DNA of 64,000 bases. Source: Octopus sinensis (lineage: Eukaryota). Both the position numbers and the translations under genes were made by a program. How positions within the stretch are numbered: position 1 is the stretch's first letter; every line of letters begins with the position of its first letter. The stretch covers positions 47,740,001 to 47,804,000 of the forward strand of contig NC_043001.1 in the NCBI RefSeq assembly GCF_006345805.1, read 5' to 3'. The notes beneath the pieces were generated by a model, which had not been told where the DNA came from, searched no databases, and saw only the letters and a list, made by a program, of their open reading frames with translations. Shown in pieces: positions 1 through 13,873 of this stretch.

Positions 1-278
1 AGGTGATCGCGGTGTTGTATATTAGACGTATATGTCAGCCCTAATTGCAGAATTCTTATTATCAAAGGCATTACAATTTTGACCATTATTACCGCTTATT
101 TTATCTCTCAAGTCATAGATACAATTTGTTCAATTTGCATTTTCGGTGATAAAAAAAGAGAAAAAAAATTGAGAGAGACTTTACTGCTATTTCTTGTATT
201 CGGAATCAAAACTATCAGGTTGAGCAACTACGAAGCAGGCGCCTTTAGAAGCGAGTTTCATTGGAAGTGAGGCTGTTG

Positions 279-783
279 CTGTTGTGCCGTCGTCGTCGTT
301 ATCATTCCAATCAGGGGCCCCGCCATTAGTCACAAAGAATAATCTCTAATTCGAGCCTACTCTAAGCTACTAAGAATGCGTGTGGCAACTTGAAGATCCA
401 CCCACCACACGCGATAGACTGGCGGTTGCACGGGCGCGAAAGCTACGTTGTTATCCTCATTCCGTAAACGGTGGCTTTTAACGGGTGGAGAGCTGAACCA
501 TCCTGGGGTACAGAGGATTCGCAATCTAGACTAGGGCCTGAAAGTTTACCACACCATATTGGGTTACACCATAGTTCCTCTGCTTTGTGGCAGAAGTATG
601 AGGAAAGAGTGAGAGAAAGTTGTGGTGAACGAGTACAGTGGGTCCCCCCCCCCACCGGAGCCTCGAGGGGCTTAGGTGTTTTTGCTCAATAAACACTCAC
701 AATGCCCAGTCTGGGAATCGAAACCGCGTTCTTACGACCGCGAGTCCGCTGCCCTAACCACTGGGCCATTGCGCCTCCACTGC
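279..783 (-). mobile_element. tRNA-derived SINE, head type D with tail 2
   Basis: Colinear with 31977-32490; probable 8-bp TSD GGCTGTTG (271-278, 784-791). Confidence 0.85.
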
Positions 784-2282
784 GGCTGTTGTTGCAACTC
801 TAACCGAAAAGGCTTATGACCAATAAGTATTCCGGTCGAAACTATTCCATCTTGTTGAGTGCTATCCGATTCTACCTTCCTTATTTTAAAATGATGGGAT
901 TTTACTTGATGGATATTTGACTGTTACTTTTAGCATATCGAGCAACTCTGTAGAGGCTCTATCATAAGTGAGATATGTGCGCGTGCGAACGTGTGTGTGT
1001 GAGAGAGATGTGTGTATGTATATGAGATGTGTATGTGTGAGATATGTGTGTGTCAAGTGTTTTTGTAAGATTTTTTATTTGTTTTCATAATGCTTTTGGT
1101 GGTTGAATCATTTTTCCATCATATATTCAATAATTCGATATATATGTAGGCATGGTTGTGTGCATGGTTAAGAAGTTCGCCTCGAACCACGTCGTCTCGG
1201 GTTCAATCCTATTGCTTGGCATCTTAGGTAATTGTCTTCTACCGCGGCCTCGAGCTGGTCAATACATTGTAAGTGAAATTGGTAGGCGAAAATTGTGTGG
1301 AAGCGAGATGTATATGGCACTGCTGAGTAGAAAAATCTGCGAAATATCGATAACTGTCATTTTTGTTCACCTCCGGGGTGGTCTCATTTCGTCGATAAAC
1401 TTAACTGAAGCAGTCACGTGATCACATGACCGATCAGGCTATCAGATGTCGTTACAAGTCGCTGGATACAATACAGTTTTGCACTGTAATAGCCTTCAAA
1501 AGACGCCATCCCGATGGCTAGGAGAGCAGGCCAACAATCCCCCCTCCGATCGAAGGAGGACTGGAGCAATGTGAAATGAAGCGTTTTGCTCAAGAACACA
1601 ACGCGCCGACCAGTCAGGGAATCGAACCCACGATCTAGCGATCATAAGTGCAATAGCCTAACCACTAGTATTAAATTAAAATAAGTCATATAGATATCAT
1701 ATTTAATGCATATAAATCGCTGATAGGCTAGTTATTGTGGTATTCATCCCATGATAACATTTCTTAGGGACGAGCTGTGTGAAAAACAATCGTCCTAGCA
1801 ACAGCCAGCGAGGACGCTCGAGGTGTTTCGGTCTTCTTAGGCCTCTTCAATGATTGTTCACCTACAACCACCCAGCCACATACTTGAATGAGAACTCGTC
1901 GCCTCCCTCAGAGCAAGCAGAGCATAAATATTCACTTGTGTTGTGAATGCGTCACTATGATGTTCCCTATTAATCTTTCACAGCGTACTGTATTCAATTC
2001 TGAGAGTTATTTATTTTTGTTTTCATCCCAGGCGTTGGTACTGAAAGGCAATGCCAACTTCAGTAGGATTTGAATTCAGAATACAAAGCGCCGAAAAAAT
2101 TACCCTAAGATATTCGTCTGACGTTCAAAAAATTCTGCCTATTGATCCCGTTTAACGAGTTTTATTAACTGGTTTGGAGCGACGACGAACAAGCTGTAAC
2201 GTTTCGGACAATGTCTTTCATCTGAGTGATGTTTTCTGATAGTACCGGATATATGGATGGACAGAGCGGAAGAGAAAGAAGA

Positions 2283-2328
<46 letters not shown>

Positions 2329-3009
2329 CATTACACCAATAGAATCTTTAGTATGATGGTGGAAATGGTGGTGTGGTGGTTCTCCATCGTTCGACGAAGA
2401 GGATTCATTTACCCGATCAATAGTATTACTCGCTCCTGAAATAGTTGTAAGTATTCGCAATTAATCTATTTGTAATTAATGTAAGTGTAAGTAGCGCAAC
2501 AGTGTAAGTAGTTGGCTATTCCTTAGACACGTGTACCTTTAACGGACTTTTCACGTAGAGTCTCAGTATAACACACTGTGTTACAAGGTTTTATCATTTG
2601 AATGACAGATATAAGCCATTCGATAGGCTTCTATGCAGTTTACACCTATCTAATTGCTCTGGTAAAGTACAGATTGAGCCGAGACTATAGAAAATGACAT
2701 TTCCCTAAGATACCGCGCAGTGGAATTGAACTCGGAACGTCGTGGTTGCAGAGCAAACTTCTTAAAAACCATTTGGCCATACTGCGCCTTCATCCATTAC
2801 TACAACGATTGTACAAATTCGGATTGTTTGAACCAGTAGAAGATCCAGTCCCCATTATTTATCCTATGAAGAAGTTGATATAACTGTGACCCGTCTTAGA
2901 ATCCATGGCTACTATAGTAGCTAAGCTATTGACTGATTTGCTATTATTTGAAATGAATTGACCTAAATTTTAATAATCAAGACAGTATTAATTAGCTGTA
3001 TGTTAAACT

Positions 3010-3358
3010 TGACTTGACTTGACTTGTGGCGACATTCACCCTGGGCGGGTTGAGTCGGCTTCTTCTACTCATGGAAGAAGTTTCGTGGAATATGTGGATT
3101 TCACAAGCGGTCCCCAACAATCCTGCATGTGGAGACATCCTGTTTGCCGCAGAACGACCGAGGAGCCGCCGGTTGCCGAAGCAGACACTCCGAGGATTTT
3201 CACCAGAGCCCCGTCTGCCGGGTTGTGGCCCTATTACCACTCGGTGTCAGACCAATCCGCCTTGGGTGGCCCTTCCGGGAACCGAAGTTCCTGACGGCAT
3301 AGCTCTGACACTACCCGTTGCCAACATCCCCACCACGGTGAGGAGGGGATGGACTTTG
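3010..3358 (-). mobile_element. 349-bp GC-rich non-autonomous RTE-like element with TSD
   Basis: 10-bp TSD ATGTTAAACT (3000-3009, 3359-3368); (CAAGT)n tail; the 5' part (gtggtgggga...agagctatgcc...ggccacccaag) resembles RTE 5' UTRs. Confidence 0.6.
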
Positions 3359-4353
3359 ATGTTAAACTAGCATCATTCCACTAGTCATTGACATAGTTGT
3401 TAAAGGAATGATGAGGTAGTAGTCGCTCAGTGGTAAGTGCAAAACTACAATACCTCTGTAACTGCTGGAACATTGTCTTCACCAACCACTAACAAGAAGC
3501 CTTTATAATTTTGTTAACCTTATATAACTAGCTATAGGTTTCAAGTGTTAGATTTGATTCAATATCTATAAATATAAGCTAACTGGAACACATGACTGTC
3601 TTGTAAAAGACTGTTATACGTTGAGTTAAATTCAACTCCTGTACATAAGATTGTAAAATATTGCTGGGTACTCTATGCAAATCGCAAAACTCAAACCTTG
3701 CATTTTAAACGCTAATTTAGGGGCTAGCCTTATATTCTCAATCACCTTATATACCTACATATTGGGTGTGTATATTATATAAGCGCGTGGGTGTGTATGT
3801 ACTTATGGCAAACCTACAGAGTAATGGCGATTTGTTTCTCTCTTTCTCTCCCTCTCTCTCTCTGCGTGTGTGTGTATGTATGTGTGTGTGCGTGTATTTG
3901 CACGTGTGTTTCTATGTATATATATATATATATATATATATGCATGAATACACACCTTTGCACATAAACAAATGTATACAAATTGAGAAAGGGAGGAAGA
4001 AAAAGGAAATAAAAAGACAATTAAGTATCGAAAGTTAAGGAAAGAGGAAGAAAGAGAGAGAAGGGGAGAGAGAAAGAAAAGAGAAAGCAAAAGAGAGAAG
4101 GGGAAAGTGGGAGAGAGAGAATTAAAGCAAGAAGCAATTACTTCAAAGATTATCAATTCATTAGGAACACAATTCAATTATTGTATGTTTTCAATATGTT
4201 TGTTTACGAAGGCAGCATGCAATATTCCTATTTCAGCCAAATATACCACCAGAACTACGTGTAACGTCAAAAGTAATTGACCATTACTTCAAGTTGTTCT
4301 ACCATTGCTCTTCAATCCTCAGTTACAACCTGTTCTGGTTCTGTCCGATCTAC

Positions 4354-4457
<104 letters not shown>

Positions 4458-4661
4458 TAGTGTTTATCTATCAATCATTATGCATATACACATACGTATA
4501 TATATATATTCACGTATATATACATGTATATATATATATGTACATATATAAACATATGTATTACTTCACCACCTCTCTCTCTCTGTACAAAGCCAAATAT
4601 CATAAATAATATAATTACTTCAACGAACTTTTGGTAAATTCTGGAACGCAGTTATTTCACG

Positions 4662-5487
4662 ATGGCTGAACGCATAGATTCCATCATAGTAATTATTTTA
4701 GGAATATTGATGGTTTTCATTGGAACTCTAGGAAATGTCGTATCGTTGATAATCCTACGGAAGAGATCAACGGAGGAATTCAAACTCGTACTACATCTTC
4801 GATTTCTTTGCACAATGGATTTGTTATCTTTATATTTTGGACTAAGCCCTTTCATTCTGAAAAATTTTGTCAACTCTATCTCGTTCAACCCGCTCTACAG
4901 GACAATTTCGCTGCTTTTGTTGAATATCTGCCTGCAAACTTCTTCTTGGCTCACAGTTTTGATAGCTGTACAGAGAACAATCGCCGTGCACCAACCATTT
5001 TGTAATCAACTCAGGCATGTAAATATGTCCCCGAAACGCGCCATTCTGAAGCTTTTCGGGGTTCTCTGTATTTTCAACGTTGTATGTATTATCAACAGGA
5101 TCGTAGGTTGCCTTAGCGAAGATCAAATTATGCGAATTCAAATCAGTGTTTATTGCTTTTTGCCAGCATTTATCTTAATTTTGGCAAGTATCACCTTAAT
5201 ATATAAGATAACGCATAAAAACATCAGAAGCAATAGCAGTAGTGTAAAACTGATATTGGCACTGAACTTTTCCTTTCTTGTTTCCACATTGCCTATATCT
5301 TTATCAGTGGCTTTTCACCCGGTTGCAAGTGAATTGGACAATATAACTGTGTTGATGCTGTTTGCAAACAACACTTTCAATTTTGTTCTGTACATACTAA
5401 TCACTCCTATATTCAGGAAAGAATTCAAGGCGATCTTTCGAAACAAGATTCAACCAGCTATTTTCACGGTGAAGATGTCTGAAAAAG
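4662..5487 (+). CDS. Class A (rhodopsin-like) 7TM GPCR, divergent FMRFamide/peptide-receptor-like; main coding exon
   Basis: 275 open codons with seven hydrophobic segments: GN in TM1, LCTMD (LAxxD-like) in TM2, SSWLTVLIAVQRTIAV (DRY->QRT) in TM3, FLPAF in TM5, FLVSTLP in TM6, NNTFNFVLY (NPxxY-like) in TM7, FRKEF helix 8. Strong donor AAG|GTAAGG after 5487 (phase 1). The ORF-track extension to 5621 runs through a (TA)n tract and is probably intronic. Confidence 0.88.
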
Positions 5488-5523
5488 GTAAGGTAACAAC
5501 TTATTATATCAGTATAATAGTGT

Positions 5524-5585
<62 letters not shown>

Positions 5586-5710
5586 GGTTTATGTGTCCCT
5601 TCTTTAGTCAATATACGATGATTGCTTATAAGCTTTTAGATAATAATAATAATAATATAATAATAATAATAATAATTATTATTATTATTATTATTATTAT
5701 TATTTCCCAA

Positions 5711-5930
5711 AAAGGCGGCGAACTAGCTGAATCATTAGCACGCCGGGCGAAATGCTTAGCAGTGTTTCGACCGTCTTCACATTCTGAGTTCAAATTTCGC
5801 AAAGAGTGACTTTGCCTTTCATTCCTTTGGGATCGATAAAGTAAGTACCAGTTGAGTACTGGGGTCGATGTAATCAAGTATTCCCCTACCACCAAAATTT
5901 CAGGCCTTGTGCCTATAATATAAAGGATTA
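5711..5930 (+). mobile_element. SINE type B (other copies: 30258-30485 -, 31485-31690 +, 32575-32775 +, fragment 50620-50670 -)
   Basis: Same head and central domain as the 52119 copies. Confidence 0.8.
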
Positions 5931-5949
5931 TTATTATATACGCGCACAC

Positions 5950-5982
<33 letters not shown>

Positions 5983-6004
5983 TGTATGTATGTATGTATG
6001 TATG

Positions 6005-6078
<74 letters not shown>

Positions 6079-6097
6079 ATGTATGTATGTATGTATA

Positions 6098-6982
6098 CGA
6101 GGGGGTGCCCAAAAGAAACTGGAATTTTACAATATTATTTTATTCACTTAGTTTTACATGTCCACACTTTTATTGCCCTCAATGTATTCTCCATTTGAAA
6201 CCACGCATCGGCCCGGGCGCGTTTTGCACTATTCGAAGCAGTGCTGGAACTCTTGAGAAGTGATGCTTTTTAACGCTTCCATTGTTTTTTTTCTTCACCT
6301 CTTCCACATCTTCAAATTCTGTGGCACAGGTTTTCGTTATCAGTGATGACCTTCGAAAAAAGGTCCGGATCAACTTCCAACTATTCTTTTAGTTCACGAC
6401 ACGCATTCAGTCGTGAATGCTTTTGATCTTCCATGAGAAAACGAGGCACACATTTTACCGCAACTCTTTTCATTCGTAATTTCTCGTTCAAAATTCGCTG
6501 GCAAGAGCTCCAGGACACACCAGTCATATCAACAAGTTCGCCAATTGTTCGGTGACGGTCCCCCAAGATCAGTTCCCGAATTTTCATGATGTCTTCATTC
6601 GTTCGGTAGGTCGACGGTTGTCCTGAACAAGGTTGTCTTCAAGTGACAAGTGACCATTCCTAAAGTGTGGAAACCATTCGTAAACTTGTGTTTTGCTCAT
6701 GACAGCGTCCTTGTAAGCATGGCAACTATTTCGGCAGCTGTTTTACCCAGTAGAAAATAATTTCGCGGAGCACGCCGTTCCTTCGTTTCATCCATTGCAA
6801 AAATCGACGAAGGGAATCGCACTGTAAATCAAAGACACACCTCGTGACAGCACATCACAGAACGACGCCGGTCGGCAGACTGATACCTGAGGGCCGCATC
6901 AAGTGGCTTCTAGCGGCGAAAGCCTGAACTACAACGGGTTTGTCTCATAGAGAACGTTTCCGGTTACTTTTGGGTACCCCTT

Positions 6983-6984
<2 letters not shown>
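6098..6984 (-). mobile_element. Internally deleted mariner element
   Basis: TIRs cgagggggtgcccaaaagaaactggaa / (rc) tgaaggggtacccaaaagtaaccggaa flanked by TA; HTH fragment DRHRTIGELVDMTGVSWSSCQRIL...CVPRFL (WVPREL-like). Confidence 0.85.
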
Positions 6985-7032
<48 letters not shown>

Positions 7033-7229
7033 ACACACACACACACATATATATATTATATATATATATATTCACACACACAGGTGGGAGGGGAGGGTAG
7101 ATAAAATGAGAGAAATAACGGGTGGCAGACAGGATGAGAGATATGGTTAGAAGCATCATTCTTAGTAATCCCAGTCCCGACAAATCCACGAGAATATGTT
7201 TTAAATATTCGTGTACATAACCAGTCACT

Positions 7230-7300
7230 TCACTTCAATTTTCGCCTTTCGGAGGGATTTTTTTGGGAAGAAAGGAACTTGAAGAGGAGTAATACAGAGC
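7230..7300 (-). CDS. Possible next/terminal exon of the minus-strand gene ((G)SVLLLFKFLSSQKNPSERRKLK*)
   Basis: Acceptor caacacgcag|, phase 1 compatible with the 13874 donor, but the pyrimidine tract is weak. Speculative. Confidence 0.25.
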
Positions 7301-7869
7301 CTGCGTGTTGCAGGGTTGCAATAGAGACGGTTAAACGTGAAGATCTTGTAAGGCATGATTCATAGGCGCTATATCGGTGGCGCCTATTTCTATTTTATTA
7401 AGATCTCGATCAGGAATCTTTCTCGTTTGTGTTTGTTCAGTATATGAGATATACTCAGTATTTTTTAGAGGCCGAACACACACAACAGTCCCGAATGACC
7501 ATGGGATTGCACATGGAAAATTCCTCTCTGAGGCATATGTCCAGGCAAGTTTGTTTTGTGGAAGACCATCAGTTGCCCATAAATTTCAGCCTCCGATGTT
7601 GTCCAAAGGAAAGGCAAAGGCCAATACAGTTTGGCACCAGTGTCGTCGCAAACTCATTTCTGTACCTGAATGAACTAGAGCAACGTGAAATAAAGTGCCT
7701 TGCCCAAGAACTCAACACACCGCCCAGTTCGATGATCGAGCTCACATCCTCACATTTGTAAGTTCGATGCTCTAACCACAGAATGTATGCGCCTTCATAC
7801 AGTCTGTATGTGTGTGTGTGTGTATATGTACATACATACATACATATATATGTCCATACATACACACGC

Positions 7870-7940
<71 letters not shown>

Positions 7941-8481
7941 ATGCATACAAACACACATATTGCCTTTTGCTTTTTGTTTGCTTAAAATTCTACACATGAA
8001 AGATCTCATTTAGCATAATAATACAAAGTGGTCTTTATATAGTAATTGACTGGATATTAGCAAACCATTAGTGCCTCATGTCTGGACGAATTTTGCTGCT
8101 TTTAGATATGATATACAAAAGAACATACAACATATGGTAGCATTTAATCACAGTACGTATTTTGTTTCGTTTACATTTTTTTCAAGATCTCTAATGAGAG
8201 TTCATATTTCACAGGCTGACAAGATCGATCGGCATATCATACAACATATCAGTTTTGCCCGAATATCACGTGTTTGCTCACATTTGTATTGTCTATGTAA
8301 TAAAGAGATGTAAACCCAACACAGTACCTAAGGAGTCAACACTAATGACATTTGGTGATCTTAAGTAGAATCCTCCATAAGCTTTGAGTTCTGCACTAGG
8401 ATATAATATATATACAAATATTCTTTAAAAAAAACAACTTTTCTTTTAATTTTTCTAAATTAAATTGTTTAATTGTTACAG

Positions 8482-8540
8482 ATGAAAAAGTCTCAATGAC
8501 TGGAACCGGTACTGAAATGTCTTTTATAAAATTATTTTAG
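8482..8540 (+). CDS. Probable terminal coding exon of the GPCR ((D)EKVSMTGTGTEMSFIKLF*)
   Basis: Pyrimidine-rich acceptor ...ttgtttaattgttacag| at 8481. Phase 1 matches the 5487 donor and gives a Ser/Thr-rich tail ending at TAG 8538-8540 (294-aa product). Inferred, no transcript evidence. Confidence 0.5.
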
Positions 8541-8580
8541 CATTTTCTATCTTGACTTTTTCCATATATATATATATATA

Positions 8581-8584
8581 TATA

Positions 8585-8666
<82 letters not shown>

Positions 8667-8703
8667 GTCCTCGTCCTCGTCCTCGTCATCATCATCATCA
8701 TCG

Positions 8704-8761
<58 letters not shown>

Positions 8762-8766
8762 TATTA

Positions 8767-8839
<73 letters not shown>

Positions 8840-8840
8840 G
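8581..8840. repeat. Compound trinucleotide microsatellite (TAT)n(CAT)n(CGTCCT)n(CAT)n(TAT)n
   Basis: Direct reading of the sequence. Confidence 0.95.
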
Positions 8841-8984
8841 GAGGCTATTCGCAATTCACAACCAGAAGGCACAAGTACAACCCTCACTAAAGTGACTAAG
8901 GGTGCAAGTCAGCACCAGCATTGCTAGAAATAACAGTCGAAACAATTCATGGCCACAAGCAAGCATTTATCTACTGACAGTCAG

Positions 8985-9210
8985 TACAAGTGGAAGACGA
9001 TATCTATGGATCATTGATAAGGAGTTTGAAAATCCAATTCCTAAGATACACTTTCAGTTACATATCTATTATTATTGGAGGAACAGGGTACATACCAACC
9101 CGTCTGAAGCAAAGTGTGACTGAATTTGAGATACTGGGGAGAGAAATGACCAAGACACCTGGGACTATAAAAATCTTCGAAACTTTCTTAAGATTTAAAG
9201 GATGACAGCT
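8985..9210 (+). mobile_element. Remnant of an RLE-type (R4/NeSL-like) non-LTR retrotransposon C-terminus
   Basis: IYGSLIRSL...ISIIIGGTGYIPTRL...GTIKIFETFL resembles the PIIxGxLGxIP...GTxKI end of restriction-like endonuclease domains (recognition from memory). Confidence 0.5.
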
Positions 9211-10239
9211 GAAAGAAGATACTTTCCCTTATAACCTTGCTACCATATAGGTAGCCAGTCAAAATTTACTTCAAAATTTAAAAGAGAAAGAGAACACACA
9301 CACAAACACACACACACATACATACATACATACATACATACATACATACATACATACATACATACATACGTACGAACATACATGCATACATACATACATA
9401 CGTACGTACATACATGCATACGTACATACATGATTTAGATTACTCAGATAGATTTCAATCATTACTAGGTCTGGGACACCATAGCCAAAACGAGTAAGAG
9501 CGTATTGTCCAAAATCTGTTTGAGTGATAATAATTTGTGTTATTTCTTGTGGAATTTGCTCAGACATAGTTTAAATGTAATGGGATCTTTTACATATATT
9601 TCACTTGTTTCAGTCATTTCACTGCGGTCATTGTGGAGCAGCACTTTGAAGGATTTGAATCGAGCGAAACGACCCCAGGTCTTTTTTGCAGCCTAGTACT
9701 TATTCTATCGGTGCCTTTTACCGAACTGCTAAATAACGGAGACGTAAACACACCAATACCGGTTGTCAAGTAGCAGAGGGGGACTTCCATGGACACAAAG
9801 ACACATATACACGCGCTCGCGCACATACACATGTATACAACGAGCCTCCTTCAGTTTCCGCCTACCAAATCCACTCACAAGCCTTTGGTCTCCCTGAGGC
9901 TATAGCAGAAGAGAGTTTGCCCAAAGTCCCACGCAGTGGGACTGATGCCGGAATCATGTGGTTAGGAAGCAAGCTTCTTACCACTCTGCAATGACTGTTT
10001 AGGATCCATGAGCGTATTCTGCCACCCATAGAGACATCATTGTTGATGTATGGTCTGTATCAAGTGTTTTTACTGACTCTTACAGATGTCAGATATTATT
10101 TGACACTGCGAGAAGCTGTCTCGTGGAAAGAGAATATCACTAAATACAACCTCTTTCCAAAGTGAATGAGCGAAAACTTCACGCTTAGTAACATGTCTTT
10201 CGATTATATATCTATCTATTATATAATATCCATTATATT

Positions 10240-10325
<86 letters not shown>

Positions 10326-10362
10326 GCCTGCCTGTCTGTCTGTCTGTCTGTATATATATATA

Positions 10363-10786
10363 GGGACATCCCATAAATAAGGCGTTTTTTTAAATATTTC
10401 TTTTATTTTTCAAAATTAAGATAAAGTTATTTTTTAATGTAAAATATACTCTCCTTCATTTTCTACAATGCTCTTCCATCTATCTTGTAGACTTGCAAGG
10501 CCCTTCTTCCGAAATTCACCTGTCCACGACGAAAAATACTCTTCCAGTACTGTTCTGATCTCGTCTACAGAATTCATATTTTTTCCATCCAAATGATTTT
10601 GAAAACTGCGGAATAAATGATAATCAGATGGGGCAGTGCCCAGCGAATATAGTGCGTGGGGCATCGTTTCCCATTCAAACTGCTCCAAGCTTTGGAAAGC
10701 AAGTTGATGCAGAAAGTTTATCCCGCCCCGCTCCGACTTTTAGTTCATGCAATTGAAAAAAACCCCGCATTATTTGTTGTTTTCAT
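10363..10786 (-). mobile_element. Short deleted mariner element retaining the transposase C-terminus
   Basis: PHALYSLGTAPSDYHLFRSFQNHL...RWKSIVENEGEYI (HPPYSPDLAPSDY-like); degenerate TIRs with TA ends. Confidence 0.8.
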
Positions 10787-10810
10787 TAAAATATTATATT
10801 ATATATATAT

Positions 10811-10889
<79 letters not shown>

Positions 10890-11629
10890 TATAGATATTT
10901 GGTAGAAGAGACTGACAGAAAAAGTACCAGGTTTATAACGAATAAATTCAGCTGTCGATTTCTTCGACTGAAAGGCGGTGCTCCAGCATGGCTCCAGTCA
11001 AATGACTGAAACAATTAAAAGAATATTTATATATATATATAAGTTTTTTTCTCTTTGGTTTATATAAAATTCAAGCGTACTCTACCTGTTTCGAGTAAGA
11101 GTTCAGTGTACTCTCTATAGAGTAATTAATTGAACATTTGCAAGCACATTAGTTCCATGTCCAGACAAAGTTTGGATTTAGAATAAAAGTTTAATCCAAA
11201 TGTGGCCAACATCGTCCAAACATAAATAAGGAGTCATTTGACGAAAGTGTGGCTGTGTGTTAAGAAGTTTGCTTCATATCCACTTCATTCCGAATTAAGT
11301 CCCACTGCATGGGATCATGGGCAGGTGTCTTCTACTTTAGGCACAGGTCGGCTAAAGCCTAGTGAGTGGATTTGGTAGATGGAAACTGTAAGAAGCTCAT
11401 TACACGCGCACATACATACACACACAAATATATATATGTGTGTGTATGTGTGTTTGTGTGTGTGTACCTTTGTGTGCGTGTACCTTTGTGTTTGTCCCCA
11501 CCAGTATGTATGTGTGTAGTACGTGTATGTATATCTATATATCTCTATATATAGGTTCATATTCATGTATGCATACATACGTGCATAGCTGTATTCATGC
11601 ACACAACACACATATATTATCCACGGGCA

Positions 11630-12060
11630 ACGCCGGGTGCCGCTCCTCGTTTATGTATGTGTGTGTGTGTGTGTGTATCATCACCGTCTCTATAGCATCA
11701 CTGACTCCTTTACCTGCACTTCTAGAAATGTTATTTACTGCATTTTCTGCGATCTCTGTCCTTCCTTGTACATTGGTCAAACTGGACGTCACTTGGCTGA
11801 CCGGTTTGTGGAACATCTCTGAGACATCAAGGCCGGTAATGACAACCCGGTCTCGTGCCATTTCTGCTCTGCAGGTCATTGGCTACAACAACTGTCTATG
11901 TTCAGACTGTCTCTGCACAGGAGCTACCCGGACTCCCGCTTTTGCCGTGAACTGGAATTAGTCTTGTCTTTTCATTCCTTTGCGCCACATGGGCTGAACT
12001 CACCTTCTCTCTTCATCTGACACCAACCTCACCACCTATCTTCATTTGAGACCATCCCCA
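11630..12060 (+). mobile_element. Penelope-like element fragment (GIY-YIG endonuclease and 3' end)
   Basis: SFTCTSRNVIYCIFCDLCPSLYIGQTGRHLADRFVEHL...HF...GH; VIY/YIG motifs with CxxC and His residues typical of PLE endonucleases. Confidence 0.85.
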
Positions 12061-12929
12061 CACGGATTCTCACTCACCTCCCAAATTCTACTGTCCCCCT
12101 CCACATACACACCTGCATACTACCCACCTCGGCACCCTCACCCACACGCATCACTATAAACAAACACATACACACTGTTCAACTCATCACTCACTTCACA
12201 CACCATTACCCACACAGGCACACGCCTTCCCACTCGACACACACTAGCAGTGACCACTTCTCAGCACTCACATCATCCACACACCCACACTCAATCTTCA
12301 AAAGCATCACCACATGTACCACTATATGAACAGCCACACACATAGTTTAGCTCAGTACACACACACCGGACATCATCAGGCACACTCTCACACCCACACA
12401 AGCGCATAATACCTGAACGCAGACAATATATATATACACATACGAAACACGCACAAACACACGCAACACAGACAAAGATAACTTTCACCCACATACATAC
12501 GCTATATATATGCACCCTATTTAGTCACAGACACATGCACACACATACACATGTACACACAACACGTGTAAAAACACACATCAACTGCTGCACACAACAC
12601 ACACACGTTACACACACACACACACACGTTAAACTCACTCTCTCCCATTCACACATGCACACTTATACAATCACATACACCATTCTCACACACACACGGA
12701 TTCTTGCGCACCTCAGCTTGTTGGGATAATCATTATTATTTCCCTTTCATTCAACTTCTGTTTGTTATTACCTCCCTTTCATTCTACCTCTTTTTTTTCA
12801 ATCATTCGCCATGTTGGACCGCTGAGTTGCAACATGTTTTTTTCCTTCTCTTTCTTTTTATTACCTCTTATTTCCTTCTGTCGAAGATCGTTACCCATTT
12901 TCCTGACCGTCAAACTAATACACTTGCTT

Positions 12930-13190
12930 GTTGTTCCTACACCTGCCTTGTGAAAGGTAAGAGAGTCCAGTTTGCTGGACATTGTTGTAGAGCTGAAAAA
13001 GAGGTAATTTCTACTCTTCTCCTCTGGAAACCATCTACTCGCAATACCAGAGGGCGCACACTCTCCTACCCTGATGTAATCTCCAGGGATCCAGCAACAG
13101 GACCTCCGTAATGGACCGTGAAGTCTGGAGTAGCATGGTAAATTCCATTGTCTCGACCACGGTCGAACAATGATGATGATGATGACACCT
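12930..13190 (+). mobile_element. 3' end of an RTE-clade LINE
   Basis: KRVQFAGHCCRAEKEVISTLLLWKPSTRNTRGRTLSYPDVISRD resembles an RTE ORF C-terminus; followed by a (TGA)n tail. Confidence 0.75.
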
Positions 13191-13219
13191 GCCTTCGTCT
13201 TTTGTTTTTCTATAAATTT

Positions 13220-13620
<401 letters not shown>

Positions 13621-13643
13621 CTATCTATGTATACACACTCACA

Positions 13644-13688
<45 letters not shown>

Positions 13689-13873
13689 GTATGTGTGTGT
13701 GAGGGGGAGAGAGAGACGGAAAGAGGAAGCGTGATTGAGAAAAAGAGGGAGAAAGACTGAAAAAGAGTGAGAGAGCGAAGGACCAAATATAAATACAAAA
13801 AGAAAAACAAGAAAATAAGGATAAGTTCACCATCGGTCTTAAAAATTTAATTACTCGAACCTTTCGGACATAC

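Noticed and set aside
443-655. Peptide ...CGKLSGPSLDCESSVPQDGSALHPLKATVYGMRITT* nearly repeated at 32062-32316
   Set aside because: Both lie inside copies of the same SINE; the similarity reflects repeat identity, not demonstrated coding constraint.
2800-2875. Possible further minus-strand exon (INNGDWIFYWFKQSEFVQSL*)
   Set aside because: It fits only by assuming a weak donor in an already speculative exon, with no independent support.
3320-3358. HDV-like ribozyme at the 5' end of the RTE-like element
   Set aside because: The CCUCCUC motif is reminiscent, but P1/P2/P1.1 could not be assembled by eye; left as a computational check.
5488-5621. C-terminal extension of the 319-aa GPCR ORF (GKVTTYY...IYIYIY...)
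   Set aside because: It begins at a consensus donor and runs through a (TA)n microsatellite, so it is most likely intron.
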